A stretch of DNA of 39,374 nt from a virus. The notes beneath the pieces were generated by a model. It did no database searches. It had not been told where the DNA came from and was given only the letters and a program-made list of their open reading frames with translations. Location of the stretch: the IMG/VR virus record IMGVR_UViG_3300045988_104640, positions 1 through 39,374 of that record, one strand, 5' to 3'. Positions 24,310 to 33,469 of this stretch are shown one piece after another. The position numbers were made by a program, and so were the translations under genes. Within the stretch, counting starts at the first letter, position 1. Every line of letters begins with the position of its first letter.

Positions 24310-24655
24310 ACAGACAGCAAGATTAGAAGCAATCAAGGAAGCAATCAGAGCCGACAAGAAAACGATTGCTGTTGTGGAAGAGGTGGGAATTACCATCGAA
24401 GATAAGCCGTCCATCGTTACACCAAGACCGGGGTTTAAGTGGGTACCGCATCAAGCAAAAGCCGGAGGAGCAATCACATGGATTGAGGAGGCAGACGCGA
24501 ACGCGGAAGGAACAGCAGACAAGCCAATCACCTTTAAAGTAGGTATGGAAGTTTACCCTAACTACTATTACACCGATGGTGTGAAAAGATATGTTTGCGT
24601 ACAAGGCGGTTTCCCACCGGAAATTGCTGAAGGCGAATATTTCACAGAATTCTAA
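24299..24655 (+). CDS. hypothetical protein, 118 aa
   Basis: SD GAGGTGGG before ATG 24299. Confidence 0.5.
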   Translation: MNSEQTARLEAIKEAIRADKKTIAVVEEVGITIEDKPSIVTPRPGFKWVPHQAKAGGAITWIEEADANAEGTADKPITFKVGMEVYPNYYYTDGVKRYVCVQGGFPPEIAEGEYFTEF

Positions 24656-24671
24656 ACGAGAAAGGAGAAAT

Positions 24672-26018
24672 ATGGCAAGCACAATCTATAGACAAGGGCA
24701 AGCATCATCCACTGATGTAAGAGAGATGCAAAAAGCATTAAAAGACCAAGGTTACTATAAAGGAAATGTCGATGGTATATGGGGCAATCAAACATCGTCC
24801 GCGCTATCCAACTACAAGCGAGACACAGGCGGCTCGAATACAGCCGGCAATTCATTCGGAAGAGAAACAATCGTAAAACTGTTTGGTAATCCACTACCGG
24901 GAAGCTCCGGCAGTTCATCAAGTAGAGGAAGCTCGTCCGGCAGAGGAGGTTCGTCAAGCAACAGAGGAAATTCAACCGGCAGTTTAATGAAAGGCGTTCT
25001 TGGTATGGTGTCGAATATTGCAAAAAACCCCTCACAAGCGTCACAGGCATATCTGAAATACCTACAGTCCGGAGGCAACCCAATAGGCTCTGAAAACTTA
25101 GTTGCAGACCCTAACATTAAACAGCAATGGGATGATGCACTTGCTGCTTCACAGCAATATTATGATAATGGAATCGGACAGCTTGGAAATATATACAGTT
25201 CAGGCGCAGAACAAGCAAACTTAAATGCTGACGACATGGCAAGACAGCAGTATATTATCTACAAGCAGAATAAGAATAGACTTGCAGAACAGCTTTCCAC
25301 GAACGGAATCACAGGTGGGGCGAGTGAAACGGCATTAAACAGCATATTAAATGCCTATTCTTCTAACTTATCACAGAATGAAGCTGCACGACAAGCTGCG
25401 CTTGCGAGCCTTAGAAATGAGTACCAAAGCGGTATGTCTGACCTTTTAGGACAATTACAGCAAAATCAGGCGAATATCAACTCGCAATACGGACAGCTCC
25501 AGCGTGAGGACTTGGCGAATCAGAGAGAACAGCTCGCCGAAGCGCAAAGGTCAGCGTTTGAATCTTATCTTGAGAATAAGAGTGCAAATAACACAAGTAA
25601 TTGGAATGCAAGAGTCAGTGCGAACATTCAAGCAAAGAATCCGAGATTTGTATATACGGATAATAACGGCCGACTGCATTACACCAATTCTCAGACTACT
25701 GCGGCGACTGCAAAGGCTCAAGGTTACACCGTGGTAGACAGAACAAGCTATGACAAGAAAAAGTCATCGGGAAAATCCAGCAGCTCAAAATCAAGTAGTA
25801 CGAAAAATTCAAATGAAATAGATATGTCCGTTTGGGGCGGAAGCACACCAACTAACTCCAAGCAAAGCAATTACAATGATGTCTACCGTAACGCTGCTGC
25901 ATGGAGACAACAAAAAGATGGACAAACAAAAACCGTAGATTATATAAGTAAAATGGTATCGAATGGAACAATAACAGAATCCGAGGCAAAGAGAATGCTT
26001 AAGGCTCTTGGCTTATAA
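24672..26018 (+). CDS. virion protein with an N-terminal peptidoglycan-binding domain and a Q/N/S-rich body
   Basis: SD AAAGGAGA before ATG 24672. DVREMQKALKDQGYYKGNVDGIWGNQTSSALSNYKR is a PG_binding_1-type repeat. Confidence 0.65.
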   Translation: MASTIYRQGQASSTDVREMQKALKDQGYYKGNVDGIWGNQTSSALSNYKRDTGGSNTAGNSFGRETIVKLFGNPLPGSSGSSSSRGSSSGRGGSSSNRGNSTGSLMKGVLGMVSNIAKNPSQASQAYLKYLQSGGNPIGSENLVADPNIKQQWDDALAASQQYYDNGIGQLGNIYSSGAEQANLNADDMARQQYIIYKQNKNRLAEQLSTNGITGGASETALNSILNAYSSNLSQNEAARQAALASLRNEYQSGMSDLLGQLQQNQANINSQYGQLQREDLANQREQLAEAQRSAFESYLENKSANNTSNWNARVSANIQAKNPRFVYTDNNGRLHYTNSQTTAATAKAQGYTVVDRTSYDKKKSSGKSSSSKSSSTKNSNEIDMSVWGGSTPTNSKQSNYNDVYRNAAAWRQQKDGQTKTVDYISKMVSNGTITESEAKRMLKALGL

Positions 26019-26031
26019 GGAAGGTGTGGAT

Positions 26032-29000
26032 ATGGCTATCAACTGGGATAAACTTAGAAAAAAGGCGGAAGAGGGAGACAAAGTTGCGAAAACAAGAGTT
26101 TTGACCTTAAATTCTTCCACTCAAAAGGCGAATAAAACTCCGCCTAAAAAAACAAACACAACGAAGTTACCCCAAAAGAAGGGAAGCAATGGTAACAAAA
26201 TCACACAAAATAATAGTGTCAAGTCTCGAAAATTACCTAAGGCAGGGAAGGAAGCGCAAAAAGAAGTATTCCGCACAAATCCTATTGCAGCAGGATTAAA
26301 AAGTTTTAATGAAACAGTCATTAACGATGTTGCTTTAGCACCCGTGAGCATACCGTATCAAATCATAAAAGGAAAAAAACTGGTTGATTTTGGGCTTGAC
26401 GCAAAGACAAAAAGTGCAAAGAAAGGGGAAGCCGTTGGAAAACTTTTGGGCGAAGTAGCAGGCTATGCGTCGGGCTATGGGGCAGCCGGAAAAGCTACAT
26501 CGAAAGCGGCAAAAAAAATACTTTCTACCAAAACAGGTAAAAAAATTGTAGAAAAGGCAATATCAAGTAAGGCTGGAAAAAAACTCGGCAAAGATGTTGT
26601 TGATAAAGTCTTGAAAAGTGCAACAAAGAGTGCGGTGGCAGACGCAACCGTGGGAACAACTTTAAATCTCTCTCATGCGCGTGGCGAAGGGAAAAAGGGA
26701 AAGGAACTTGCAACAGATATTGCACAAAATGCGGCACTTGATTTTGGATTAGGTGCGGTTGGTGAGGCACTTCCGCTTGCAGGCAAAGGCTTATCAAAAC
26801 TAAAAGGCAAACTGAAAGACACGCATTTAGAGACGCGTATTGTCGATGGGAAAGTGAAAAATGTGCGTGTTGAGGGCAAAGCTGACACTGCAAAAAAAGT
26901 AGCTGAAAGCGGAAATTTAAAGGTTAAGACAGGCACTCCGAGAAAGACAAAACTTCCTACAAAGAGTGAAAAGGCTGCATTAGAGGCCGTGTCAACCGCA
27001 GGGAAGGTCAGAAAAACTACATCTAAAAATGCTGACGAAATTGCCGACGAAATACTTAAAGGTGACTTGCGTTCGGCACGCGGACAACAGGAATTTGCAG
27101 ACGAATACTTGTACGAGTTAGAGCGACTTAAAGAAAGAAATCCTATTCCAATGCCTGAAAGGAGACCTAAAACAAGCGAAATCAAAGTGAAAGCCCCTCC
27201 GCCAATCAGACAAGCACAAAATGAAATCAAAGTCACTCCATCAGGCAGAGAAACCAAAGTCGGCGGATTCGATGTTGAAGGAAGTCAAAATCTCGGTATT
27301 ATAAATCCTGATATAAAGACGGTTCAAGAAGCAATGGAAAGCGCAAGCGGAAAGTTTGATAGGTTCTACAAGGCTACTGTGAACCAGCAACACGAAATTG
27401 ACAGGCTTTCTAAGGCTTCCGGTGACAGGAGAGCGGCAAACGCCGTGCAAGCGGTGCGCAGCTCAAGCGGAACATCAGAATACATATTCACTAAAAAACT
27501 CGTAAATCCAAAGGGTGATGTCATTGATAACCGTTCATTTAAGGAGGTGTTTCAACCAGTATCAAAAAACTCAAAAGAGTTCAATATTTATGCTCAAAAT
27601 CTGAACAATATTTCACGATGGAAACAGGGGAAACCATTAGATGTGAATGTGTCGGCGGAGGAATCTCAAAGAATTGTCAATGAAATCCTTTCGAGACACC
27701 CCGAATTTGCACAAATAACCGAAAACATCAACGATTATTGGAGAAAATTTACGCATTCATGGCTTGTTGACACGGGAAGAATGAGTGAAAACGCTTGGCA
27801 AGCGATGATTGACAAGTATCCGAATTATGTTCCGGCGTTCATGAAAGATAAGGGTGTAAAGGTAGGCGGAAGCAAGTTTGCTGTTGACGCAGGAACTAAG
27901 GGAGCGAAAGCAGGCACTACGCTTGACCGTGTACCAATTGAGGATGCAATGATGGAACAGGTACAGCAGCTTGTAAACTCCACGCGCAAGAACGATATGT
28001 ACCTGAGTGTAATTGATACGCTTCGTAAAGACCCTGAAAATCTGAAACGGTTTGGCGTTGTAAAAAGCGAGACTTCGCCTGTCACGGGAACAGATATTGA
28101 CGAGTTTTTATCTCTTGCAGACCAAGAAGCACTCAAAGAGGTAAATTCCAAAGTTTATACCATCTCAGCAATGGAAAACGGACAGAAAGTTACTGCTTAC
28201 ATCAATAAAGATTTGGCAGAAGCATTTGGAAAGCTTGGAAATGTTATCGGCTCACCGAATATGCAGATTGCGGCAAATGTTGGCAAGAAAATCACCAACC
28301 CAATAAAAGCAGGAATCACAGGGTATAACCCGCTTTTCGCAGTAGCTAATGCTACAAGAGACATTCCTACTGCCTTAATTCAGTCTGAATATGGTATGCT
28401 TAAAACCACAAAAAATATGTTTCGTGGCATTAAAGAAATGGCTACAAACGGCGAAATGTGGCAGAGGTATCTTGCTTTAGGCGGAAGGTCATCGGGGTAC
28501 ATCAGTGCTCACAAAGGTTTTGAAAAGTCTCTTGCCTTTAGCAAAAACCCAATAAGGGGCATTTGGGAAGGCATGAAAACCGTTTTAGGTGCTGTAGGTG
28601 AAGCGACGGAATCTATTCCAAGATTTGCCGAGTTTATGTCCTCTATGGAAAAATACGGAGATGTTTCAAGAGCATTAACAGAATCAGCAGAAGTAACGGT
28701 CAACTTTTCAAGAGCAGGTGAAGTTACAAAATTCCTTGACGCATGGACTTTGTATCTAAATGCAGCAGTGCAAGGTATTGATAAGTTTGTCAGAACCGCA
28801 AAGGCACACCCGGTAAGAACCGCGGCGAGAAGTCTTGAAGTCGTCGGTGTACCTTATGCACTTCTGATGGCAAATAACTGGTCGAATCCTCATTACCAAG
28901 ACCTCAACGACAGAACCAAGCAGAATTATTTCTGTATTCCGAACATGGCAGGAGAATATGACGAAGACGGGAATGCGAAAACCTTTATCAAAATTCCACT

Positions 29001-30348
29001 TAATAGGGAATATGGTACTATTTTCGCTTCAACAATGGATGTTATCGCAGGATATTTGAGCGGGGAAGCCAATCCGTGGAACGGATACGCAGAAACGGTT
29101 CGAACAAACTTCTTGCCGCCGAACCATCTAACAGACAATGTTTTAGCACCGCTTGTCCTCAATTTACCGCAAAACAAGGACTTTGCGGGGCGTTCTATCG
29201 TTCCGAAGAATCTTGAAAATGTTTCTCCGCAGCTTCAATATGACTACTCCACAAGCGGACTTGCTAAAGGCATCGCAAATGTAGCGAATAACCTTAGAAT
29301 ACCGTCAGACACCTTAAAAAGTCCGATGAAAGTCGATTATCTTCTTGACAGTTTCGGCGGATATTTAGGGCAAGTAGGTCAAGCGGTAACTGACCCGCAG
29401 CTGCAGGGTATCGGGGAAAGAATCAAAGGGGCTACGATTGACCCGTTTGTTGATAGATTTACCGCAGACCCGCGTTTTTCTTCGGGGGTAGTATCTAACT
29501 TCTACGATGAAAAAGAAAAAGTTGAGCGAGCTGCCAATGACGAAAAGATTTTGACCGGGGGAAAAGGAAAAGGCTACATCGAGAATAAGACATACACGGC
29601 AATTCAGCAAGAACTTTCTGACCTGTCAAAGAAGGAGCGGGAAATCCTTTCCGGGAACTTATCAAAGGCAGAAAAGGACAGACAAATAAAGGCGATTCGT
29701 GAGCAAAAAAATGAAATCGCACGAAGTGCAAGTCAAAGAGCGCAAAAGGCTGTCAGCGATTACAACGAGGCACCGACTTATGAGACAGAAATGAGCAAAC
29801 AGCAGAAGGATAGCTATGAAAAGAAGTTTAAACCGCTTGGAGTTAGTAAAGAGGAATATGCAAGCGCAAAAGCTATTGCGAGTGATTATGACAGCAGCGT
29901 TGCAAAAGCGTATGCACTTTTAGAAAACGGACAGTCTGAGGAATTGACAAAAGCAATGACCTCACAAAATGCTATCGAACAGGCTACCTTGTTAAAATCC
30001 AAAGGAGTTACACTCGAATCTGTGAATGAAGCAAAAACCATTCTCAAAGAAAGCGGATATAAAAAGTCCATCGGACAAGCATATGCGCTTCTTGATAACG
30101 GACAGTCCGGGGATGTGGCAACCGTTTTAACATCAGAGCGGGCGGTTCAGCGTGCAACCTGGCTGAAACAATCCGGTGTGACACCAGACCAGCTTGATAG
30201 TATCGCAGATACTATTGACGCAAACGGAAATGGAAGTTATAGCAAAGATGAGATTATAGCTTTCTTCAATCAGTACGGCGGATTTACCACCGCACAAAAG
30301 AGAGCCATTTTCTTGGCACTTAGTACGGCGAAAAACAGTCCATACTAA
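26032..30348 (+). CDS. very large virion/ejection protein, 1438 aa
   Basis: SD AAGGAAGGTG before ATG 26032. Lys-rich N-terminus, a large central domain, two ~58-aa C-terminal repeats and an EF-hand-like loop DANGNGSYSKDE. Confidence 0.6.
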   Translation: MAINWDKLRKKAEEGDKVAKTRVLTLNSSTQKANKTPPKKTNTTKLPQKKGSNGNKITQNNSVKSRKLPKAGKEAQKEVFRTNPIAAGLKSFNETVINDVALAPVSIPYQIIKGKKLVDFGLDAKTKSAKKGEAVGKLLGEVAGYASGYGAAGKATSKAAKKILSTKTGKKIVEKAISSKAGKKLGKDVVDKVLKSATKSAVADATVGTTLNLSHARGEGKKGKELATDIAQNAALDFGLGAVGEALPLAGKGLSKLKGKLKDTHLETRIVDGKVKNVRVEGKADTAKKVAESGNLKVKTGTPRKTKLPTKSEKAALEAVSTAGKVRKTTSKNADEIADEILKGDLRSARGQQEFADEYLYELERLKERNPIPMPERRPKTSEIKVKAPPPIRQAQNEIKVTPSGRETKVGGFDVEGSQNLGIINPDIKTVQEAMESASGKFDRFYKATVNQQHEIDRLSKASGDRRAANAVQAVRSSSGTSEYIFTKKLVNPKGDVIDNRSFKEVFQPVSKNSKEFNIYAQNLNNISRWKQGKPLDVNVSAEESQRIVNEILSRHPEFAQITENINDYWRKFTHSWLVDTGRMSENAWQAMIDKYPNYVPAFMKDKGVKVGGSKFAVDAGTKGAKAGTTLDRVPIEDAMMEQVQQLVNSTRKNDMYLSVIDTLRKDPENLKRFGVVKSETSPVTGTDIDEFLSLADQEALKEVNSKVYTISAMENGQKVTAYINKDLAEAFGKLGNVIGSPNMQIAANVGKKITNPIKAGITGYNPLFAVANATRDIPTALIQSEYGMLKTTKNMFRGIKEMATNGEMWQRYLALGGRSSGYISAHKGFEKSLAFSKNPIRGIWEGMKTVLGAVGEATESIPRFAEFMSSMEKYGDVSRALTESAEVTVNFSRAGEVTKFLDAWTLYLNAAVQGIDKFVRTAKAHPVRTAARSLEVVGVPYALLMANNWSNPHYQDLNDRTKQNYFCIPNMAGEYDEDGNAKTFIKIPLNREYGTIFASTMDVIAGYLSGEANPWNGYAETVRTNFLPPNHLTDNVLAPLVLNLPQNKDFAGRSIVPKNLENVSPQLQYDYSTSGLAKGIANVANNLRIPSDTLKSPMKVDYLLDSFGGYLGQVGQAVTDPQLQGIGERIKGATIDPFVDRFTADPRFSSGVVSNFYDEKEKVERAANDEKILTGGKGKGYIENKTYTAIQQELSDLSKKEREILSGNLSKAEKDRQIKAIREQKNEIARSASQRAQKAVSDYNEAPTYETEMSKQQKDSYEKKFKPLGVSKEEYASAKAIASDYDSSVAKAYALLENGQSEELTKAMTSQNAIEQATLLKSKGVTLESVNEAKTILKESGYKKSIGQAYALLDNGQSGDVATVLTSERAVQRATWLKQSGVTPDQLDSIADTIDANGNGSYSKDEIIAFFNQYGGFTTAQKRAIFLALSTAKNSPY

Positions 30349-30363
30349 GGGAAAGGAGAGAAT

Positions 30364-30978
30364 ATGTATAAACCAAGACTGAAAGCCCCGGCACCGAATA
30401 ATGTGCTGTGGACGAAAAAGAATCCGTTTTTTAGAGCGGGGTACGGGCTGCCGAATTGTACGGCTTATGTATGGGGGCGGTGGTATGAGCTAATAGGAAA
30501 AGCACCTAAATTGTCACTTAGCAATGCGGGTGACTGGTATAAGAACATCAAAGACGGCTACGAGCGGGGCGATACGCCAAGACTTGGAGCCGTTATTTGT
30601 TGGTCGAAAGTCGGCGGCGAAGCACAGGGCAAAGGGCATGTTGCTATCGTTGAGAAAATCAATCCCGACGGCTCTATTGTCATAGGAGAGAGCGGATATA
30701 AGAAATTCCGCTTCCGTACAATGACCTTAAAACCTCCGTATACCTATTTCACAGGTTATAAACTGCAAGGATTTATTTATTGTCCTGCCGTGAAAGAGCG
30801 TACTTATGATGTTCTTTCGACGCTCAATATCAGAGCAAAGCCATCTCTTACAGGGAAAGTGCTTGATAAACTGAAAAAGGGAGAATGTGTGACAGGTATT
30901 CCGTCCGGTACATGGCTGAAAACCGAAAAGGGATATGTACGAATTAGAGGAATTAAAGAATATCTTAGGGAGATTTAG
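30364..30978 (+). CDS. endolysin: CHAP peptidase/amidase domain plus SH3b-like wall-binding domain
   Basis: NCTAYVWGRWYE (catalytic Cys) ... GHVAIVE (His). The C-terminal YDVLSTLNIRAKPSLTGKVLDKLKKGE is SH3-like. Confidence 0.85.
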   Translation: MYKPRLKAPAPNNVLWTKKNPFFRAGYGLPNCTAYVWGRWYELIGKAPKLSLSNAGDWYKNIKDGYERGDTPRLGAVICWSKVGGEAQGKGHVAIVEKINPDGSIVIGESGYKKFRFRTMTLKPPYTYFTGYKLQGFIYCPAVKERTYDVLSTLNIRAKPSLTGKVLDKLKKGECVTGIPSGTWLKTEKGYVRIRGIKEYLREI

Positions 30979-30979
30979 A

Positions 30980-31270
30980 ATGAACACAACTTTAATACTC
31001 GGACTGTTCGGAGCGGTATTCGCCAGTAGTGGTTTTTGGCAGTTTTTACAGGCTAAAATGCAAAGAAAAAGCCCACTTGAGAAAGCGGTGCTTGCAATGC
31101 TTCATGACAGGCTCATGCATTTACTGGCTTGTTATATGGAAATGGACGAAATCGAACCGGAAGAGTTTGAGAATCTAACAGAATTGTTTGAAGCGTATTC
31201 ACTTTTAGGCGGAAACGGAACAATTAAGCGAATGTATAACCAATTATTAAACAGTGTCAAAATAAGATAG
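30980..31270 (+). CDS. membrane-anchored lysis-cassette protein, 96 aa
   Basis: ATG 30980 follows the endolysin stop. N-terminal TM segment LILGLFGAVFASSGFWQFL. Confidence 0.5.
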   Translation: MNTTLILGLFGAVFASSGFWQFLQAKMQRKSPLEKAVLAMLHDRLMHLLACYMEMDEIEPEEFENLTELFEAYSLLGGNGTIKRMYNQLLNSVKIR

Positions 31271-31281
31271 GAGGGGAACTT

Positions 31282-31476
31282 ATGAAAACGATTAAAGAAG
31301 CAGTAGTCGGATTGATGAAGGTTAAATCAATCGTCACAATTGCGCTCACACTCACTTTTATTTACCTTGCTGTTGTGAATCAGCTTACAGACCAATTCAT
31401 GTTGATTTACACGACAGTAATCGCATTCTATTTTGGAACGCAGAAAGAACGCAAGGAGCAAAACAAGACAGAATAA
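31282..31476 (+). CDS. holin (two TM segments, charged C-terminus)
   Basis: VKSIVTIALTLTFIYLAVV and FMLIYTTVIAFYFG, with tail KERKEQNKTE. Adjacent to the endolysin. Confidence 0.7.
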   Translation: MKTIKEAVVGLMKVKSIVTIALTLTFIYLAVVNQLTDQFMLIYTTVIAFYFGTQKERKEQNKTE

Positions 31477-31486
31477 GGGGGGTGTC

Positions 31487-31687
31487 ATGTTAATATATAG
31501 CTTTACAAAGCCGGAGCTTGATTACTTACGACAGCATTGTAATTTTGTCAACAATGAAAGAGAAGTATTCGAAATGCGAAGCCGGGGCATTCCCTTGTCA
31601 GAAATTGCCGAAAGCTTACATATATCAATAGACACTGCAAGACGCGTATCACAAAAAGTAAATAAAAAAATAGGGAAAATGATTTAG
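31487..31687 (+). CDS. small sigma-70 region-4/LuxR-like HTH protein, 66 aa
   Basis: SD GGGGGGTG before ATG 31487. GIPLSEIAESLHISIDTARRVSQKVNKKI. Confidence 0.55.
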   Translation: MLIYSFTKPELDYLRQHCNFVNNEREVFEMRSRGIPLSEIAESLHISIDTARRVSQKVNKKIGKMI

Positions 31688-31709
31688 CCGTCCGTTTGGG
31701 CGGCTTTTT
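31687..31709 (+). terminator. intrinsic terminator ending the late operon
   Basis: GCCGTCC-GTTT-GGGCGGC followed by TTTTT. Confidence 0.75.
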
Positions 31710-31735
31710 CGCATTTTTTGTGCATTTTTGTGCGA

Positions 31736-31764
31736 TTGAGAACCGCTCTTGCAAGACTTAAAAT
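31736..31764 (+). promoter_or_regulatory. sigma-70-type promoter of the cargo cluster
   Basis: TTGAGA, 17-nt spacer, TAAAAT, about 25 nt upstream of the 31789 gene's SD. Confidence 0.5.
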
Positions 31765-31788
31765 TAAGGCATAAGGGGGGATAAAGAT

Positions 31789-32118
31789 ATGTTTAATTCA
31801 ATGTACCCAATGCCGCCTATGCAGGCAATGCAACAGCAGACACAACAGAGCATTCAATATGTGAACGGCATAGAAAGCGCAAACGCTTATAGGGTTATGC
31901 CGAATCAACAAGTTATGCTCATGGATTCTAATATGCCGAGATTTTACATAAAGACGGCAGACGCTTCCGGCTTTGCCACCGTCAAAGCGTATGACTTTGT
32001 AGAAGCAAAGCAGGAAAAGCCCGAAGAATATGTCAAAAGAAGCGAGTTTGAAGATTTAAAGAGCTATTTATCAAAAATACTTCAAAACCCGTCCACAGGC
32101 GAAAATAAAGACGATTAG
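31789..32118 (+). CDS. hypothetical protein, 109 aa (M/P/Q-rich N-terminus)
   Basis: SD AAGGGGGG. First gene after its own promoter. Confidence 0.55.
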   Translation: MFNSMYPMPPMQAMQQQTQQSIQYVNGIESANAYRVMPNQQVMLMDSNMPRFYIKTADASGFATVKAYDFVEAKQEKPEEYVKRSEFEDLKSYLSKILQNPSTGENKDD

Positions 32119-32129
32119 GGGGTATCGGA

Positions 32130-32378
32130 ATGAATCCTATATTACAAAATGCAAAAATCGGACAAGTGCTTCCGATAGTAGGACAGATTAAACAAATGAT
32201 GAGCATGATTCAAGCTGCTCAAGACCCGATGGGCGCATTCAATCAGATGTCTCAAAACGACCCAAGAATCAAAGAAGTTATGGATATGGTAAAGGGGAAA
32301 AATCCGGAACAAGTCTTTTACGACAAGTGCAAGGAAATGAATATCAATCCGGATGTGATTCTTGGTATGCTTCGATAA
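32130..32378 (+). CDS. hypothetical protein, 82 aa
   Basis: SD TAGGGGG. Confidence 0.5.
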   Translation: MNPILQNAKIGQVLPIVGQIKQMMSMIQAAQDPMGAFNQMSQNDPRIKEVMDMVKGKNPEQVFYDKCKEMNINPDVILGMLR

Positions 32379-32418
32379 AATTGCAATTTTATAATAAATT
32401 AAGAAAAGGGGAACTACT

Positions 32419-33009
32419 ATGGAAAACTACAGTTTAGCTGACATCAGCGCAGTAACAGGCAAAGAAAACACCGGTATGTTTGGCGGTGGAATATGGATTT
32501 TCGCACTGTTAATCTTGCTGTTAATCGGTGGCGGCGGATTCTTCGGCGGAAGAAACGGGGAAGCGGTAACAGAAGCAGGACTTTGCAATGCTATGAACTT
32601 TAACAATCTTGAAAACTCGATCGGGAGATTGAGTGACAGCTTGCAGTCTGATTACATGGGTATTCAGAACGGACTTTCCAATCTCGGATACGAAACGCTT
32701 CGCAACTTCGGCACGACACAAAGTCAGATTGCGCAGTGCTGCTGCGAAACACAGAGAGCGATTGACGGCGTAAACTACAACGGAGCAATCAATACTGCGG
32801 CAATCAATGCAAACACAACTGAACAGACGCAGAAGATTCTTGACGCTTTTACTGGAAACAGAATGGCAGAAATGCAGAATCAAATCAATCAGTTACAGCT
32901 TCAGGCGGCTTTATGCGGTATTCCAAGAACGAATCCGTATGGCTATTACATGGCACCGATTGCCTATGGTAACGCCTGTACTGGTATGACTGGAACTACT
33001 TTGGTATAA
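32419..33009 (+). CDS. membrane protein with Gly-zipper TM segment and Cys/Gln/Asn-rich ectodomain, 196 aa
   Basis: FGGGIWIFALLILLLIGGGGFFGG TM segment, then QCCCETQ and Q/N-rich coiled-like sequence. Confidence 0.55.
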   Translation: MENYSLADISAVTGKENTGMFGGGIWIFALLILLLIGGGGFFGGRNGEAVTEAGLCNAMNFNNLENSIGRLSDSLQSDYMGIQNGLSNLGYETLRNFGTTQSQIAQCCCETQRAIDGVNYNGAINTAAINANTTEQTQKILDAFTGNRMAEMQNQINQLQLQAALCGIPRTNPYGYYMAPIAYGNACTGMTGTTLV

Positions 33010-33026
33010 CGATAGGTTAAAGAATT

Positions 33027-33050
33027 GGCGGGGCAACCCGCCTTTGTCTT
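33027..33050 (+). terminator. terminator/attenuator hairpin within the cargo cluster
   Basis: GGCGGG-GCAA-CCCGCC followed by TTTGTCTT. Confidence 0.55.
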
Positions 33051-33065
33051 GGAAAGGGGAAACAA

Positions 33066-33458
33066 ATGTTAAAAGCAAATATTACAACAGCAACGACAGT
33101 GGCGGCAAATACAGATATTCCGCTTAATCTTGTCTTTAATACGAATTGCCGTACCGGAATGAATGGCAATCGTATAAAAATTAACTCTTGTGGAGCATAT
33201 GACATAGAAGCATTGTTCAACATTACAGGTGTTGCAGCTGGAGACATCTCTTTGCAGATGTTTAACAACGGAGTTGCAATCCCGGACGCAGTCGTTGGCG
33301 CAACTTCGGCAGCAACCACGAATCAGATTTCATTAAATCTCACAGACATCATCCGTGCACTTAGGAACAACATTGGAACGGATATCGCATTATCGTTCAG
33401 ATTGTCCGCTGCTGCAACAATAAATAATGCGATTGTAACAGTCGAAAAGATTCAGTAA
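33066..33458 (+). CDS. beta-rich protein resembling BclA-C-terminal/C1q-TNF-like jelly-roll domains, 130 aa
   Basis: The alternating beta pattern CGAYDIEALFNITGVAAGDISLQMFNNGVAIPDAVVG ... IALSFRLSAAATINNAIVTVEKIQ parallels the BclA C-terminal domain layout. This is by-eye similarity only. Confidence 0.4.
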   Translation: MLKANITTATTVAANTDIPLNLVFNTNCRTGMNGNRIKINSCGAYDIEALFNITGVAAGDISLQMFNNGVAIPDAVVGATSAATTNQISLNLTDIIRALRNNIGTDIALSFRLSAAATINNAIVTVEKIQ

Positions 33459-33469
33459 GGGGTGAGCCT

